Sequence record: PV467749.1
DNA: 64,000 nucleotides
Reading direction: 5' to 3' (one strand)
DNA from: a phage
Shown here: piece by piece, positions 19,538-30,751 of the stretch
Layout of the letters: the number at the start of each line of letters is the position of its first letter
How positions within the stretch are numbered: the stretch's first letter is position 1
Position numbers and translations under genes: made by a program
Notes under the pieces: generated by a model
Databases searched by the model: none
The model's input: the letters and a program-made list of their open reading frames with translations, nothing else
What the model was told of the DNA's origin: nothing

Positions 19538-19901
19538 TTATGTTGTCAACTGACAATCCACACATATCGTATAATGTAGATAGCTGAAAGAACATATCTT
19601 CATCTATAGTAACATGTTCAATCTGCATTTGCAAGAGCACTTCACCAAGAAAATGATCGTATGTTTGTATCTTAAAAGAATCATAATATATATCAATGAA
19701 GAATTTTGGCACACCATAGAACGAAACGACAAGTACAATGTTGTCAGAAGCTTCACATGGAACACTCAATGTATTTTTAAATGAACGGTATTCAAATGTG
19801 TACGGGTCTACGTCACATGTATAGAATGAACTACACCCTTCAGAAAATATTACACCATTTTCAATTAGCATAGATAGTGTATGTGGTGGAATTTTCAACA
19901 T
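19497..19901 (-). CDS. FQxS-motif paralog family protein
   Basis: C-terminal DEDMFFQLSTLYD. Confidence 0.5.
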   Translation of the reverse strand: MLKIPPHTLSMLIENGVIFSEGCSSFYTCDVDPYTFEYRSFKNTLSVPCEASDNIVLVVSFYGVPKFFIDIYYDSFKIQTYDHFLGEVLLQMQIEHVTIDEDMFFQLSTLYDMCGLSVDNINGIFEIARNLRGR

Positions 19902-19909
19902 TTAAATGT

Positions 19910-20326
19910 TTATCCTTTATTTTGTTGTACGTTTTTATGTAGTACACCACAAATATAAAATAATTTACTTAGATTAGAATAACTTATGTTAGTTAGATCG
20001 TATACGAAATTTAGTTGCATGTACATATCTTCAGTTAAATCATACAACGATTCATCCACATCAATTACGATTTTGTGCGTGGTATCAATCTCTACTTTAT
20101 TAGGCCACATATCAATAACATAATCATTACCATGTTTTTCAGATATGGAAATGAACACATTATCGCTTTGTTCTAAAAACTCCATGTATCCGTTAAGAAA
20201 TGATCCAGTTATTATCTCATATTCACCAGAATAATACGTTGTTCTGGACTCAAATGCATTAAAAAATATAAAACGATATGTTTGGTTGATATACTCATCC
20301 ATTAAACTAATAACTTCTTTATTCAT
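19910..20326 (-). CDS. FQxS-motif paralog family protein (variant)
   Basis: C-terminal TEDMYMQLNFVYD; start placed at Met21 (20326) with RBS GGGGA because ORF-track start 20386 overlaps a terminator hairpin. Confidence 0.45.
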   Translation of the reverse strand: MNKEVISLMDEYINQTYRFIFFNAFESRTTYYSGEYEIITGSFLNGYMEFLEQSDNVFISISEKHGNDYVIDMWPNKVEIDTTHKIVIDVDESLYDLTEDMYMQLNFVYDLTNISYSNLSKLFYICGVLHKNVQQNKG

Positions 20327-20343
20327 TACATTAATCCCCACAA

Positions 20344-20373
20344 GAAAAAAGGCCGATTCATTATGAATCAGCC
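20344..20373 (-). terminator. rho-independent terminator
   Basis: Hairpin GGCTGATTCAT-A-ATGAATCGGCC followed by T-run on minus strand. Confidence 0.5.
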
Positions 20374-20566
20374 TTAAGTATAACACAGTAGAAGTAAAAA
20401 TGTCAACTTCTAAAATACAGTATCAAAGAGGAATAAAAAAGATACTGTTAGAGGGTAACGAATATAATGAACCATGAGGGTGATATCATTATACTTTAAA
20501 AGAGTGATAGCTTCTAGACAAAAGGAGGAATTCAGTACCGACTAGAAGCTATCCGGTTAAACGATT

Positions 20567-20851
20567 TCAGTACTGAATGTTTAGTTTAGGATGAGTATGT
20601 CCATCTTCGATTTGCTTTAGAATCGAGTCGCGGATCTCCACTGCACCCTGATAACTGTATTTATCGTTCGGAACTACCCATGTATATTCACCATCAGTGG
20701 TTTTAAAATCAATACATGGATTGTCTCTGTATTCAGATGCAATGATTGAAATAACATGCAATGAATTCAATGAATGATTTATATAAGGATAATTGTTATT
20801 GTCTCGGAACGTGAATGTTTTTAGTTCATCAGGTGCAACAATAAATTCCAT
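20567..20851 (-). CDS. hypothetical protein
   Basis: 94-aa ORF. Confidence 0.45.
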   Translation of the reverse strand: MEFIVAPDELKTFTFRDNNNYPYINHSLNSLHVISIIASEYRDNPCIDFKTTDGEYTWVVPNDKYSYQGAVEIRDSILKQIEDGHTHPKLNIQY

Positions 20852-21042
20852 TATTCATCCTCGTACTTCTTGAATGGTTGAACATCTCCATTGAAGTCTT
20901 TGCACATCTTAGTTACACGAACTTCAGTGTTGTTGTGGTAATTTTTCTTAAATTCATAAGAAACATAATTACGAATACCAGGTGTATGAATAATAGCAAG
21001 AACCAATGTACGACCAAATAAGCATAACAAATTCAAAAACAT
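20851..21042 (-). CDS. hypothetical protein
   Basis: 63-aa ORF. Confidence 0.35.
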   Translation of the reverse strand: MFLNLLCLFGRTLVLAIIHTPGIRNYVSYEFKKNYHNNTEVRVTKMCKDFNGDVQPFKKYEDE

Positions 21043-21055
21043 ATTAAGCTCCGAG

Positions 21056-21415
21056 TTATGGATTAATCAAACGACACATACCAACTATAACATTTATCTC
21101 TTCTAATGTCAAGTCACCAATGTCATTTATCATTGAGTACTGGAATAATGACTCTTCTGTGTACTCAAAATCATGTACTGCTATAAAAAATGGCTCCTTA
21201 GAAACATCTAATGTTATCTTAGCCATTGTACTATATAAATCAAATTGATACAAAATATTAGGAGAAGTATATGCTATGTATATATTATTAGATTCTGATG
21301 GGTGTACCAGTGTGAATACATCATAACATAATATTTTTATGTTAGGATCATCAAAATTACCAGTATAAAGATTCTTACGAACATCTTGCATTATACGAGT
21401 TATTAAACTAGTCAT
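21056..21415 (-). CDS. FQxS-motif paralog family protein
   Basis: C-terminal TEESLFQYSMIND. Confidence 0.5.
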   Translation of the reverse strand: MTSLITRIMQDVRKNLYTGNFDDPNIKILCYDVFTLVHPSESNNIYIAYTSPNILYQFDLYSTMAKITLDVSKEPFFIAVHDFEYTEESLFQYSMINDIGDLTLEEINVIVGMCRLINP

Positions 21416-21824
21416 TAAACGGATTTGTAACCTCTTCTGGAATCAATCTTTTAACTTTAAGGATAGCACTAATGTCCTCAAATGTCAATCCATTTAGATC
21501 GTTTACGAGACAGTACTGAAAGAATTTTTCTTCAGTATCAATATCGTCAAAATTCAATTCAATCCTAGTGTCATAATAATCACTATTTACATTAGCAATT
21601 CTGATTTTAACTCGTTCAAAATACACATCAAATGAATAAAAATGATTATTGATTTCATAACCAAGAAAAATATTAAAACATTTACTCAAATCAGTGGTTT
21701 CGTTCAAATCGTCATCATAGCAAAAAACTCTAACTTCACCAATATCTTCTAATTGTACATCATGCAGTGACCATGCGTTGTTTTTTAATACGTAGTTCAC
21801 CATTTTAACAATGTTGTATGTCAT
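21408..21824 (-). CDS. FQxS-motif paralog family protein
   Basis: C-terminal TEEKFFQYCLVND. Confidence 0.5.
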   Translation of the reverse strand: MTYNIVKMVNYVLKNNAWSLHDVQLEDIGEVRVFCYDDDLNETTDLSKCFNIFLGYEINNHFYSFDVYFERVKIRIANVNSDYYDTRIELNFDDIDTEEKFFQYCLVNDLNGLTFEDISAILKVKRLIPEEVTNPFND

Positions 21825-21840
21825 ATTGTACCTTAAAAAA

Positions 21841-22248
21841 TTATTTACGATTCCTTGCGGAGTTCTTGTTCCTTGCTCTGAATGTTGGTGTCATCGAATG
21901 ACAATTAGGGCAAAGGATTTTTAAATTTGGTAGGTCATTATTTGTAGCATCACCATCAATGTGCTCAACTTCTGTCAGTACTGCACCATCTATTGGATGA
22001 CGTTTATCCCATCCACACTCTTCACATGCAGTTCCGCGTGTTTCATGTAGATATCTTCTCACAAATGGACATAACTGTATAGTAATACCTTTATATCCTG
22101 GATGTTCACCGTTAAGCCATTTATCAACTTTCTGTTGATATTGTAGCTCTTGTTGACATGCAACACTACAATATTTTGTTTGACCCTTTCGAACCAATTC
22201 AATTTTACAACATGCACAATAACGTTTTTCTTTCATATAGTTCTCCAT
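21841..22248 (-). CDS. HNH endonuclease
   Basis: CxxC...CxxC zinc pairs and EVEHIDGDATNNDLPNLKILCPNCH; start set at Met21 because the longer ORF overlaps tRNA-Thr. Confidence 0.6.
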   Translation of the reverse strand: MENYMKEKRYCACCKIELVRKGQTKYCSVACQQELQYQQKVDKWLNGEHPGYKGITIQLCPFVRRYLHETRGTACEECGWDKRHPIDGAVLTEVEHIDGDATNNDLPNLKILCPNCHSMTPTFRARNKNSARNRK

Positions 22249-22301
22249 ATAGTATGGAGTATTTATTTTCAAGAAAAATGTTATTTCTAAGAATATATTT
22301 G

Positions 22302-22372
22302 TGGTCAATATTAGAATCGAACTAATGACTCAGACTTACAAGATCCGTGTTATACCATTTAACTAATCAACC
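22302..22372 (-). tRNA. tRNA-Thr (anticodon TGT)
   Basis: Hand-folded cloverleaf: acceptor GGTTGAT/ATTGACC, D-stem GTTA/TAAC, anticodon stem CGGAT/GTCTG with loop CTTGTAA, T-arm ATTAG-TTCGATT-CTAAT. Confidence 0.65.
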
Positions 22373-22376
22373 AGAT

Positions 22377-22424
<48 letters not shown>

Positions 22425-22425
22425 C

Positions 22426-22467
<42 letters not shown>

Positions 22468-22544
22468 TACGCATCAACTTGATTAAGCCAAGTGTCGGCA
22501 TAGGTGCAGCACTACAAAGTACTTCAAGCTGTTTAGCAGTTTCT

Positions 22545-22813
<269 letters not shown>

Positions 22814-22832
22814 AACTGAATACTTACATCCC

Positions 22833-22867
<35 letters not shown>

Positions 22868-22912
22868 ATAGGCACACACGGAACTGCTTTATAAGCTACT
22901 GAATCGGGAATC

Positions 22913-23180
<268 letters not shown>

Positions 23181-23189
23181 TAATACCCG

Positions 23190-23591
23190 CTAGTAGTTTA
23201 AGTCTGCGGCGTTGAAGACACCAAGTGAAGTCTTACCACGTAGTTTAGGTGAAATGACATATTTTGTCAATTTCTTTTTACCGTACCAGTGATTGAATTC
23301 GTCTTCAGTAACATGTGGGTTCTGGAAATCGTATTCACGTTTCTTATGAAGTTTTTTAGCTTGTTCTGCAATCTTAGTTCGTTGATCTTCTGGAATGTCG
23401 AATGTATTGTTACGTTTGCACCATTCGTGCACTAATGCTTCCAGAAGGAACTGTTCAGTTTCTTTGACTAGAGTGATTTTAGTCAAGCCTTTTTCGATGT
23501 TCATATAATCATCGACATATCCATTCCAAATAACAATCTCTGGATTGCCGTCAATCTCTTGAAGCATTTTGATCAAGTCATTCTTTTTCAT
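23190..23591 (-). CDS. hypothetical protein (paralog of 22962..23177)
   Basis: 133-aa ORF sharing N-terminal segment with neighbour. Confidence 0.5.
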   Translation of the reverse strand: MKKNDLIKMLQEIDGNPEIVIWNGYVDDYMNIEKGLTKITLVKETEQFLLEALVHEWCKRNNTFDIPEDQRTKIAEQAKKLHKKREYDFQNPHVTEDEFNHWYGKKKLTKYVISPKLRGKTSLGVFNAADLNY

Positions 23592-23599
23592 TTAAATTC

Positions 23600-23857
<258 letters not shown>

Positions 23858-23866
23858 ATTTGTTTC

Positions 23867-24052
23867 CTATGAAATGAATGTAGCGTCAATTCCCATTATA
23901 AATGCAAATATACCAAACAATATCAACCCGATTGGTACAAAGATCATAGATCTATTTCCATGTTTCGATAAAAATCGCTCAACTGTAATTAAACGTATTG
24001 ATATCGGAACCATTATGATAATATACAATATTGAAAGAATTAAAAGTTGCAT
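23867..24052 (-). CDS. small membrane protein
   Basis: 61 aa, two hydrophobic helices. Confidence 0.4.
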   Translation of the reverse strand: MQLLILSILYIIIMVPISIRLITVERFLSKHGNRSMIFVPIGLILFGIFAFIMGIDATFIS

Positions 24053-24080
24053 TTTAATTTCCTATTGTAATTTCGTTTTG

Positions 24081-24153
24081 CGACTCTGGAGGAACTCGAA
24101 TCCCCAACCAATTAATTAACAGTTAATCGCACCACCTATTGTGCTACAGAGTC
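24081..24153 (-). tRNA. tRNA-Asn (anticodon GTT)
   Basis: Acceptor GACTCTG/CAGAGTC, D-stem GCAC/GTGC, anticodon stem ATTAA/TTAAT with loop CTGTTAA, T-arm GGGGA-TTCGAGT-TCCTC. Confidence 0.7.
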
Positions 24154-24161
24154 ATAATTAT

Positions 24162-24368
24162 TTATAAGCCATGTCTTTTCAAAAATCTAGCAAACACATT
24201 TTTGGAAGCACCATAACTTTCATATATACTAACTTTTTTCTCACCATTATTCAAACGTTTTTTGATATCTTCTATGTTATCTTCTAAACGTTTTACGTTT
24301 GCAAATTTCTTAGATGGTATATTATTTTTGGTTCTATAATTCAGTACTGAACCTGAACTAATATTCAT
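24162..24368 (-). CDS. small putative DNA-binding protein
   Basis: 68 aa; C-terminal KVSIYESYGASKNVFARFLKR resembles homing-endonuclease-associated HTH (NUMOD-like), unverified. Confidence 0.35.
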   Translation of the reverse strand: MNISSGSVLNYRTKNNIPSKKFANVKRLEDNIEDIKKRLNNGEKKVSIYESYGASKNVFARFLKRHGL

Positions 24369-24389
24369 TATTTTATTTCAAAGTTTGTG

Positions 24390-24694
24390 AGCCATCTGTG
24401 AGTCGAACACAGTACCTAACGATTCGTATAATCTATAGTTTTCACTATAGTACGGACTATATCATCATCCCATAGGGATGCCGGACGCTAATGATGTATT
24501 ACACAGTAAGATCGTACTGTACCATCTAGTCTCTGCACCTTCCCAATACGCTTATTGGGCTTGGCTCAGGATTGTCATCACCATTACGTGTTAAGATTTC
24601 CCTGAATTCATCCAGTTTTTCAATCACCATTACTGATGAAAGTCACCATTGTCGATGAGTCGTTTGCTCTAACCACCGTGAGCTAATGGCCCGA
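24390..24694 (-). tRNA. tRNA-Met/Ile (anticodon CAT) interrupted by group I intron
   Basis: 5' exon 24657..24694 (GGGCCAT TA GCTC..GAGC A AACGA CTCAT) and 3' exon 24390..24426 (AA TCGTT AGGTA CTGTG-TTCGACT-CACAG ATGGCTC A) join into a 75-nt cloverleaf. Confidence 0.7.
24427..24656 (-). other. group I intron (IC3-like) in tRNA anticodon loop
   Basis: Insertion after anticodon U36, last intron nt G; contains GAAGGTGCAGAGACTAGATGGTAC, near-identical to the P7/J8-7 core of known tRNA group I introns as I recall it. Confidence 0.65.
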
Positions 24695-24699
24695 TTTAG

Positions 24700-24938
<239 letters not shown>

Positions 24939-24961
24939 ATTAATTATATCAGTACTTAATC

Positions 24962-25339
<378 letters not shown>

Positions 25340-25416
25340 ATCACCAACTTTAATTAAAAAAATGGATGGTGACGCTTTTAAACGCCGCTGTTAATTCAGC
25401 TTTATAACCACCCGTT

Positions 25417-25626
25417 TTAACTTGCCTTTCGGCTACCTTGACGTGGGGCGTACAGGCTACTAAAAGCAACTACTGTAAACATATTTCCACGCCTTACCCT
25501 TTTAAATAAAAGTCCATCCGGTTTTCCAGTTTGGTGAAGGATAGTCACCTCTAGTTTAAACCTGCTAGTCAAGTAATAATTGCCTATCGTCCAATTATCA
25601 AACCCGTCTAGGTTAACATTCACCAC
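25417..25626 (-). CDS. hypothetical small protein
   Basis: 69-aa ORF with good RBS (AGGAAG) but located in tRNA region; could instead be structured RNA. Confidence 0.3.
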   Translation of the reverse strand: MVNVNLDGFDNWTIGNYYLTSRFKLEVTILHQTGKPDGLLFKRVRRGNMFTVVAFSSLYAPRQGSRKAS

Positions 25627-25700
25627 TTCCTAGAGTACCAGAGATCTTGTTCTGGATTGCATCGACGTAGCTTACACCATATACGTCTGATTGTGGAATT

Positions 25701-25726
25701 CATTATATCAGTACTGAACTATTTAG

Positions 25727-25731
<5 letters not shown>
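25701..25731 (-). promoter_or_regulatory. sigma-70-like promoter (TTGACT-17-TATAAT), copy of repeat
   Basis: Minus strand TTGACT AAATAGTTCAGTACTGA TATAAT; about 30-bp element repeated at 26123..26152. Confidence 0.5.
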
Positions 25732-26152
<421 letters not shown>

Positions 26153-26160
26153 CTTTTTAT

Positions 26161-26321
<161 letters not shown>

Positions 26322-26325
<4 letters not shown>

Positions 26326-26482
26326 ATTCGTACCAGTAGTTCAATTAAGTACATTTCATATGCTGGATCGTTGATAAGTTTATCATACAGATGTGGCTCT
26401 GAAATGAATTCCCAATGATACTTTAGCCATTTACCGATACCCGAATATCTAAAATTAATATCATTCATCCATTCTTCATGTG

Positions 26483-26486
<4 letters not shown>
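26322..26486 (-). CDS. MTHEEW small-protein family, copy 2 (54 aa)
   Basis: MTHEEWMNDINFRYSGIGKWLKYHWEFISEPHLYDKLINDPAYEMYLIELLVRI; ATGA overlap with neighbours. Confidence 0.45.
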
Positions 26487-26647
<161 letters not shown>

Positions 26648-26649
26648 GG

Positions 26650-26750
<101 letters not shown>

Positions 26751-26754
26751 ATTT

Positions 26755-26870
<116 letters not shown>

Positions 26871-26887
26871 ATAGTCTGTTCCAATAT

Positions 26888-27178
26888 TTATGATTCGGTT
26901 TCGGGATTAAATTTTATAAATTCATCTTTATGTTCATCTTCAATTGCAATATCTTCTACGTCTTCAGGCCAGATTGTGGTGTCCCCTTGGTAGAAGCGAT
27001 AGTTATCGAATTCTGCACTACGTGTTCTTCCCTGTTCCCAACCAATAGTACAGTCATGATATACATCACCACTACGTGTACGAATGCTTATTGAGTCTTG
27101 TGTTTCATAAAGAACGTCAATGCGTGTGTTACGATTTGTATTGAATTTTTCAAAATGCATAGTAATCCCCAATAACAA
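26888..27178 (-). CDS. hypothetical protein
   Basis: 96-aa ORF. Confidence 0.45.
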   Translation of the reverse strand: MLLGITMHFEKFNTNRNTRIDVLYETQDSISIRTRSGDVYHDCTIGWEQGRTRSAEFDNYRFYQGDTTIWPEDVEDIAIEDEHKDEFIKFNPETES

Positions 27179-27181
27179 TTG

Positions 27182-27400
27182 TTATTCTTGTGGTTTAGTT
27201 ACACCAACACCAATAATACTTTTAATATCAATATGGATATTAGCAAGTTCATTACTGTCAAACGGGTTAGTTTCAGTTACAACAACAGTGGTGTCATTAA
27301 CTAAAACTACTGAACCTTTTACACGGTATCCCTGAAGGAGTACTTGTACATTGTCACCAGCGTTTAATGAGTTAATAACTTCTAATAGAGTAGATTCCAT
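27182..27400 (-). CDS. hypothetical protein
   Basis: 72-aa ORF. Confidence 0.4.
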   Translation of the reverse strand: MESTLLEVINSLNAGDNVQVLLQGYRVKGSVVLVNDTTVVVTETNPFDSNELANIHIDIKSIIGVGVTKPQE

Positions 27401-27410
27401 TTTATTTTCC

Positions 27411-27608
27411 TTACGGTTTACTATTTTTACGTTTTTCTGATTCGGGTACAGTTTTCATTTCACCAATACATAGTTCCATGATGAGTACACCTTTGTCATT
27501 ATAACGTACTACATCTTCAATGTCAAAATGTCTCGCACTATGAACAACTTCAATACATGCATCATCGGGATATGATTCCAATAATGCTACAAGTTCTGCT
27601 TTAGTCAC
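27411..27608 (-). CDS. hypothetical protein
   Basis: 65-aa ORF. Confidence 0.4.
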   Translation of the reverse strand: MTKAELVALLESYPDDACIEVVHSARHFDIEDVVRYNDKGVLIMELCIGEMKTVPESEKRKNSKP

Positions 27609-27621
27609 TTTGGATTCCTCG

Positions 27622-27970
<349 letters not shown>

Positions 27971-27980
27971 ACTATATCTT

Positions 27981-28151
27981 CTATTTCCTAATTGCAAGCT
28001 CATAGATGAACCAGTGATTACTATCCTCATCAAGTACAAATGATTTGAAAAGTTGTTTATCTTTTAACACATCATAATGACCTTGGCGTATACCAAAACC
28101 AAAAGGATTATGTTTAAATTTTAGTTCATCTAACCATTCTTTGTGTGTCAT
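27981..28151 (-). CDS. MTHEEW small-protein family, dispersed copy (56 aa)
   Basis: Hand-translated MTHKEWLDELKFKHNPFGFGIRQGHYDVLKDKQLFKSFVLDEDSNHWFIYELAIRK. Confidence 0.4.
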   Translation of the reverse strand: MTHKEWLDELKFKHNPFGFGIRQGHYDVLKDKQLFKSFVLDEDSNHWFIYELAIRK

Positions 28152-28333
28152 CTTATTTTGTCCATGACTGCTATACTAAAATATGTACCAAAATCATCAC
28201 AATTGATGATGTTGTTATAGTACTCGATTGGGTTACGCAATGATATATACAATTCAAGCTTAAAATAGTATATATCTGCTGCATTTATATTATAGTGTAG
28301 ATTAAACCACTCATCAAATGTCTTAGGCTGCAT
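28148..28333 (-). CDS. hypothetical protein
   Basis: 61-aa ORF. Confidence 0.35.
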   Translation of the reverse strand: MQPKTFDEWFNLHYNINAADIYYFKLELYISLRNPIEYYNNIINCDDFGTYFSIAVMDKIR

Positions 28334-28727
28334 TATATTTATCTTTATAAAAATCCATGATTTTAGTCAACAGTACTGCAATCGTATAATCTAAATCAGG
28401 ATAAAGTAAATTGTACTGAAATTCTTCCTCTACACTATAGTTTGTGGTGCAGTACTGATAGTCTTTATAACCAATGGAAAAATGGTTAGGATACAATGTA
28501 CAACGAAAACGATATGCTTCATCTGTCATATAATCATTGTATTCAACACAGAAGTATAGTGATTTGGCATTTAATTCAATAAGCTCAACGAAACCATCAG
28601 GTAATGAATGGTTATAAATTACTGAATCTTCATTAAACCATTCATAGTATTTTTCCAAAAAATCACTAATGGATACATCCAGACTTTGTATAGGTGGAGT
28701 AATGACAATTTGAACTTCGTTATTCAT
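28323..28727 (-). CDS. FQxS-motif paralog family protein (variant)
   Basis: C-terminal SVEEEFQYNLLYPD. Confidence 0.45.
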   Translation of the reverse strand: MNNEVQIVITPPIQSLDVSISDFLEKYYEWFNEDSVIYNHSLPDGFVELIELNAKSLYFCVEYNDYMTDEAYRFRCTLYPNHFSIGYKDYQYCTTNYSVEEEFQYNLLYPDLDYTIAVLLTKIMDFYKDKYNAA

Positions 28728-29230
28728 TTCGACCCCTTACTATATTTCACGTATGGGCTATCATACAGATCATAACTTTTTTGTGCACGTTCTTTTCGGC
28801 GTTCATACATGATTCTATCATACTCTTTAGCTTTCTGATTTGCTTCATTATACAATTTTAAAATTAGCAAAAATGCATCAAGATCGGGATAGTTTGCTGG
28901 ATTGATAGTACTCAGCATAAATCGTTCTTCTTCAGTTCTAGCTAAGTCAAATTCATACTTAATAGTTTTATACCCACTCCATTTATATATATGCGTTACT
29001 TTATTAGTAAGTACATTATATTCAACGAAGTCAGTACTACCATCAAGTACACGAGTAATCTTAATAGATGTACCAATGACAATCTGTACAGAACTCATTT
29101 CTGAAGTTTTAAAGTAAAAAATGTTATTACGGCGAAGATTAACTTCTCGATCTCCAATGCGAACATGCTTAATAACTTCCATTAATGGTTCTGGGACACC
29201 ACGAATCGGCATGTTAGTATTCCTCAACAA
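28724..29230 (-). CDS. hypothetical protein
   Basis: 168-aa ORF. Confidence 0.5.
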   Translation of the reverse strand: MLRNTNMPIRGVPEPLMEVIKHVRIGDREVNLRRNNIFYFKTSEMSSVQIVIGTSIKITRVLDGSTDFVEYNVLTNKVTHIYKWSGYKTIKYEFDLARTEEERFMLSTINPANYPDLDAFLLILKLYNEANQKAKEYDRIMYERRKERAQKSYDLYDSPYVKYSKGSK

Positions 29231-29783
29231 CGGTTAGGAATCTATCCCAACCAGTATAAGTGAAATGATCAAAGTATTGTTTTTCGCCACCTACCATATA
29301 TACTTCAATTAAACCGTGGTCGAAATAATTTTTTGGTTTTTTAACTTCAGTTACAATTGCTTTATGTCTGAAACCATTATAATCAGTATATGTTACAATA
29401 TCGTGAATTTTGATATTATCAGGTGTATAAGTGTTGGCGTTATTATTGAGAACATGAAGATGATGGTCTACGATTTCTTTACTGGAAATTACCCCAAATA
29501 TGTTACCAGAAAATACTTTATTACCATTACAGGTCAATGCCCAGCCATCACCAACTTCAATAGATTCAAATACATAATGTGTGCAAATTTTAGATACATC
29601 TGACGTATCCCAGTAATCACCATCAAGATTGGTGAATTTATAAACAGTTTTGAGTTTTTCGCCATCAAATGAAAGCAATGATACTCCGATAACAACCGTT
29701 CCGTCTTTAAGAATAATATTAAATTTATTATTTGTATTAAAGTATGCTTCTGACTCAGATGAGTTGAATTTAATAAAGTTCAT
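29214..29783 (-). CDS. hypothetical protein
   Basis: 189-aa ORF. Confidence 0.5.
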   Translation of the reverse strand: MNFIKFNSSESEAYFNTNNKFNIILKDGTVVIGVSLLSFDGEKLKTVYKFTNLDGDYWDTSDVSKICTHYVFESIEVGDGWALTCNGNKVFSGNIFGVISSKEIVDHHLHVLNNNANTYTPDNIKIHDIVTYTDYNGFRHKAIVTEVKKPKNYFDHGLIEVYMVGGEKQYFDHFTYTGWDRFLTVVEEY

Positions 29784-29830
29784 ATGTTCTCCTTAGTAAG
29801 TCATAGTATTATATCAGAGTTTCATTGCAC

Positions 29831-30223
29831 TTACCAGCATGTTTTCATAACTTCTGTGATGTAAATCATTTTATCTTTTAGTTCATAAGGGATGCAAATT
29901 TCACCTGGGCTTAACGTTGTGTTCTTTTGAAACTCATCCTCTTCGGAATCAGCCAGGTAAAATGGGTGCGTCACAAAGTTATCATCAACTGGACGATTAT
30001 GTGGTTTCATTAATGCATCATGATTGACAAAATAATAAGCATCAATATCAGGACGGAAATACAAACAATCAACCTTAATGCACGGGTGTAACCATAAGGA
30101 CAAAGAATATGTTATTTGGTTACCAATTTGTCTTGGACCAGATGCAATTGTATTGATGTTATTTTTATCTTGTACCATTTCATAAATGAAATCTATCATT
30201 TTACGTAGTTCAGATTCAGTCAT
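29831..30223 (-). CDS. FQxS-motif paralog family protein (variant)
   Basis: C-terminal SEEDEFQKNTTLSP. Confidence 0.45.
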   Translation of the reverse strand: MTESELRKMIDFIYEMVQDKNNINTIASGPRQIGNQITYSLSLWLHPCIKVDCLYFRPDIDAYYFVNHDALMKPHNRPVDDNFVTHPFYLADSEEDEFQKNTTLSPGEICIPYELKDKMIYITEVMKTCW

Positions 30224-30233
30224 TTTATTTCCT

Positions 30234-30260
30234 TAAAAAAATACCCAGTACTAGACTGGG
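30234..30260 (-). terminator. rho-independent terminator
   Basis: Hairpin CCCAGT-CTAGT-ACTGGG followed by T7 run on minus strand. Confidence 0.55.
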
Positions 30261-30273
30261 TATAAAGTAATGT

Positions 30274-30423
30274 TCAATCAGATTTCTTTTCGTAATCTGC
30301 AAAAACAGTCAGGATTGTTGCACACAGTGAATCAACTGCTGCTGCACGTTTTTCATCAAGGGATTTCGCTAGTTCTTGAATCTCTTGAAGTTTTACTACT
30401 AAGTCAATTTTTTGATTACTCAT
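30274..30423 (-). CDS. hypothetical small protein
   Basis: ORF-track 30274..30516 overlaps upstream gene; start likely internal Met (MSNQKIDL...). Confidence 0.35.
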   Translation of the reverse strand: MSNQKIDLVVKLQEIQELAKSLDEKRAAAVDSLCATILTVFADYEKKSD

Positions 30424-30445
30424 TACTTCTCCTATTGAATGTATT

Positions 30446-30751
30446 TTAGATGTTAATTTTGATACCAGATAGATCCAGTACTTTACGTATAGTAGGTTCT
30501 GGTTCAGGCTGAACAACCTCTTCAGGCTCTTGTACTGGAATCTTTGTGTTAATATTTAGACCATCTTGAAGAATTTCAGGGATAATTCCATGCTGCACAT
30601 CATTGTACATAGACACAACAGTTTCTGCACAAGATAACATTTCACGAACTTTAAACTGATATCCTTGTGGTAAATCTTTGATGATTTCCATAACATCTAA
30701 TAACTTCGTTTGTACATCAATAAGAATACTGTTTGATTTATCTGCGTCCAT
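30446..30751 (-). CDS. hypothetical protein
   Basis: 101-aa ORF. Confidence 0.4.
   Translation of the reverse strand: MDADKSNSILIDVQTKLLDVMEIIKDLPQGYQFKVREMLSCAETVVSMYNDVQHGIIPEILQDGLNINTKIPVQEPEEVVQPEPEPTIRKVLDLSGIKINI

Noticed and set aside
23874-24119. Plus-strand ORF of 81 aa
   Set aside because: Antisense to a minus-strand membrane-protein gene and overlapping tRNA-Asn; shadow ORF.
24388-24470. Apparent stand-alone tRNA with a T-arm but no matching 5' acceptor strand
   Set aside because: Resolved as the 3' exon of the intron-containing tRNA(CAT); the matching 5' half lies 230 nt away at 24657..24694.
25369-25390. Possible hairpin or terminator GACGCTTTTAAACGCCGC
   Set aside because: Only 2 bp of real complementarity when folded; not a stable stem.
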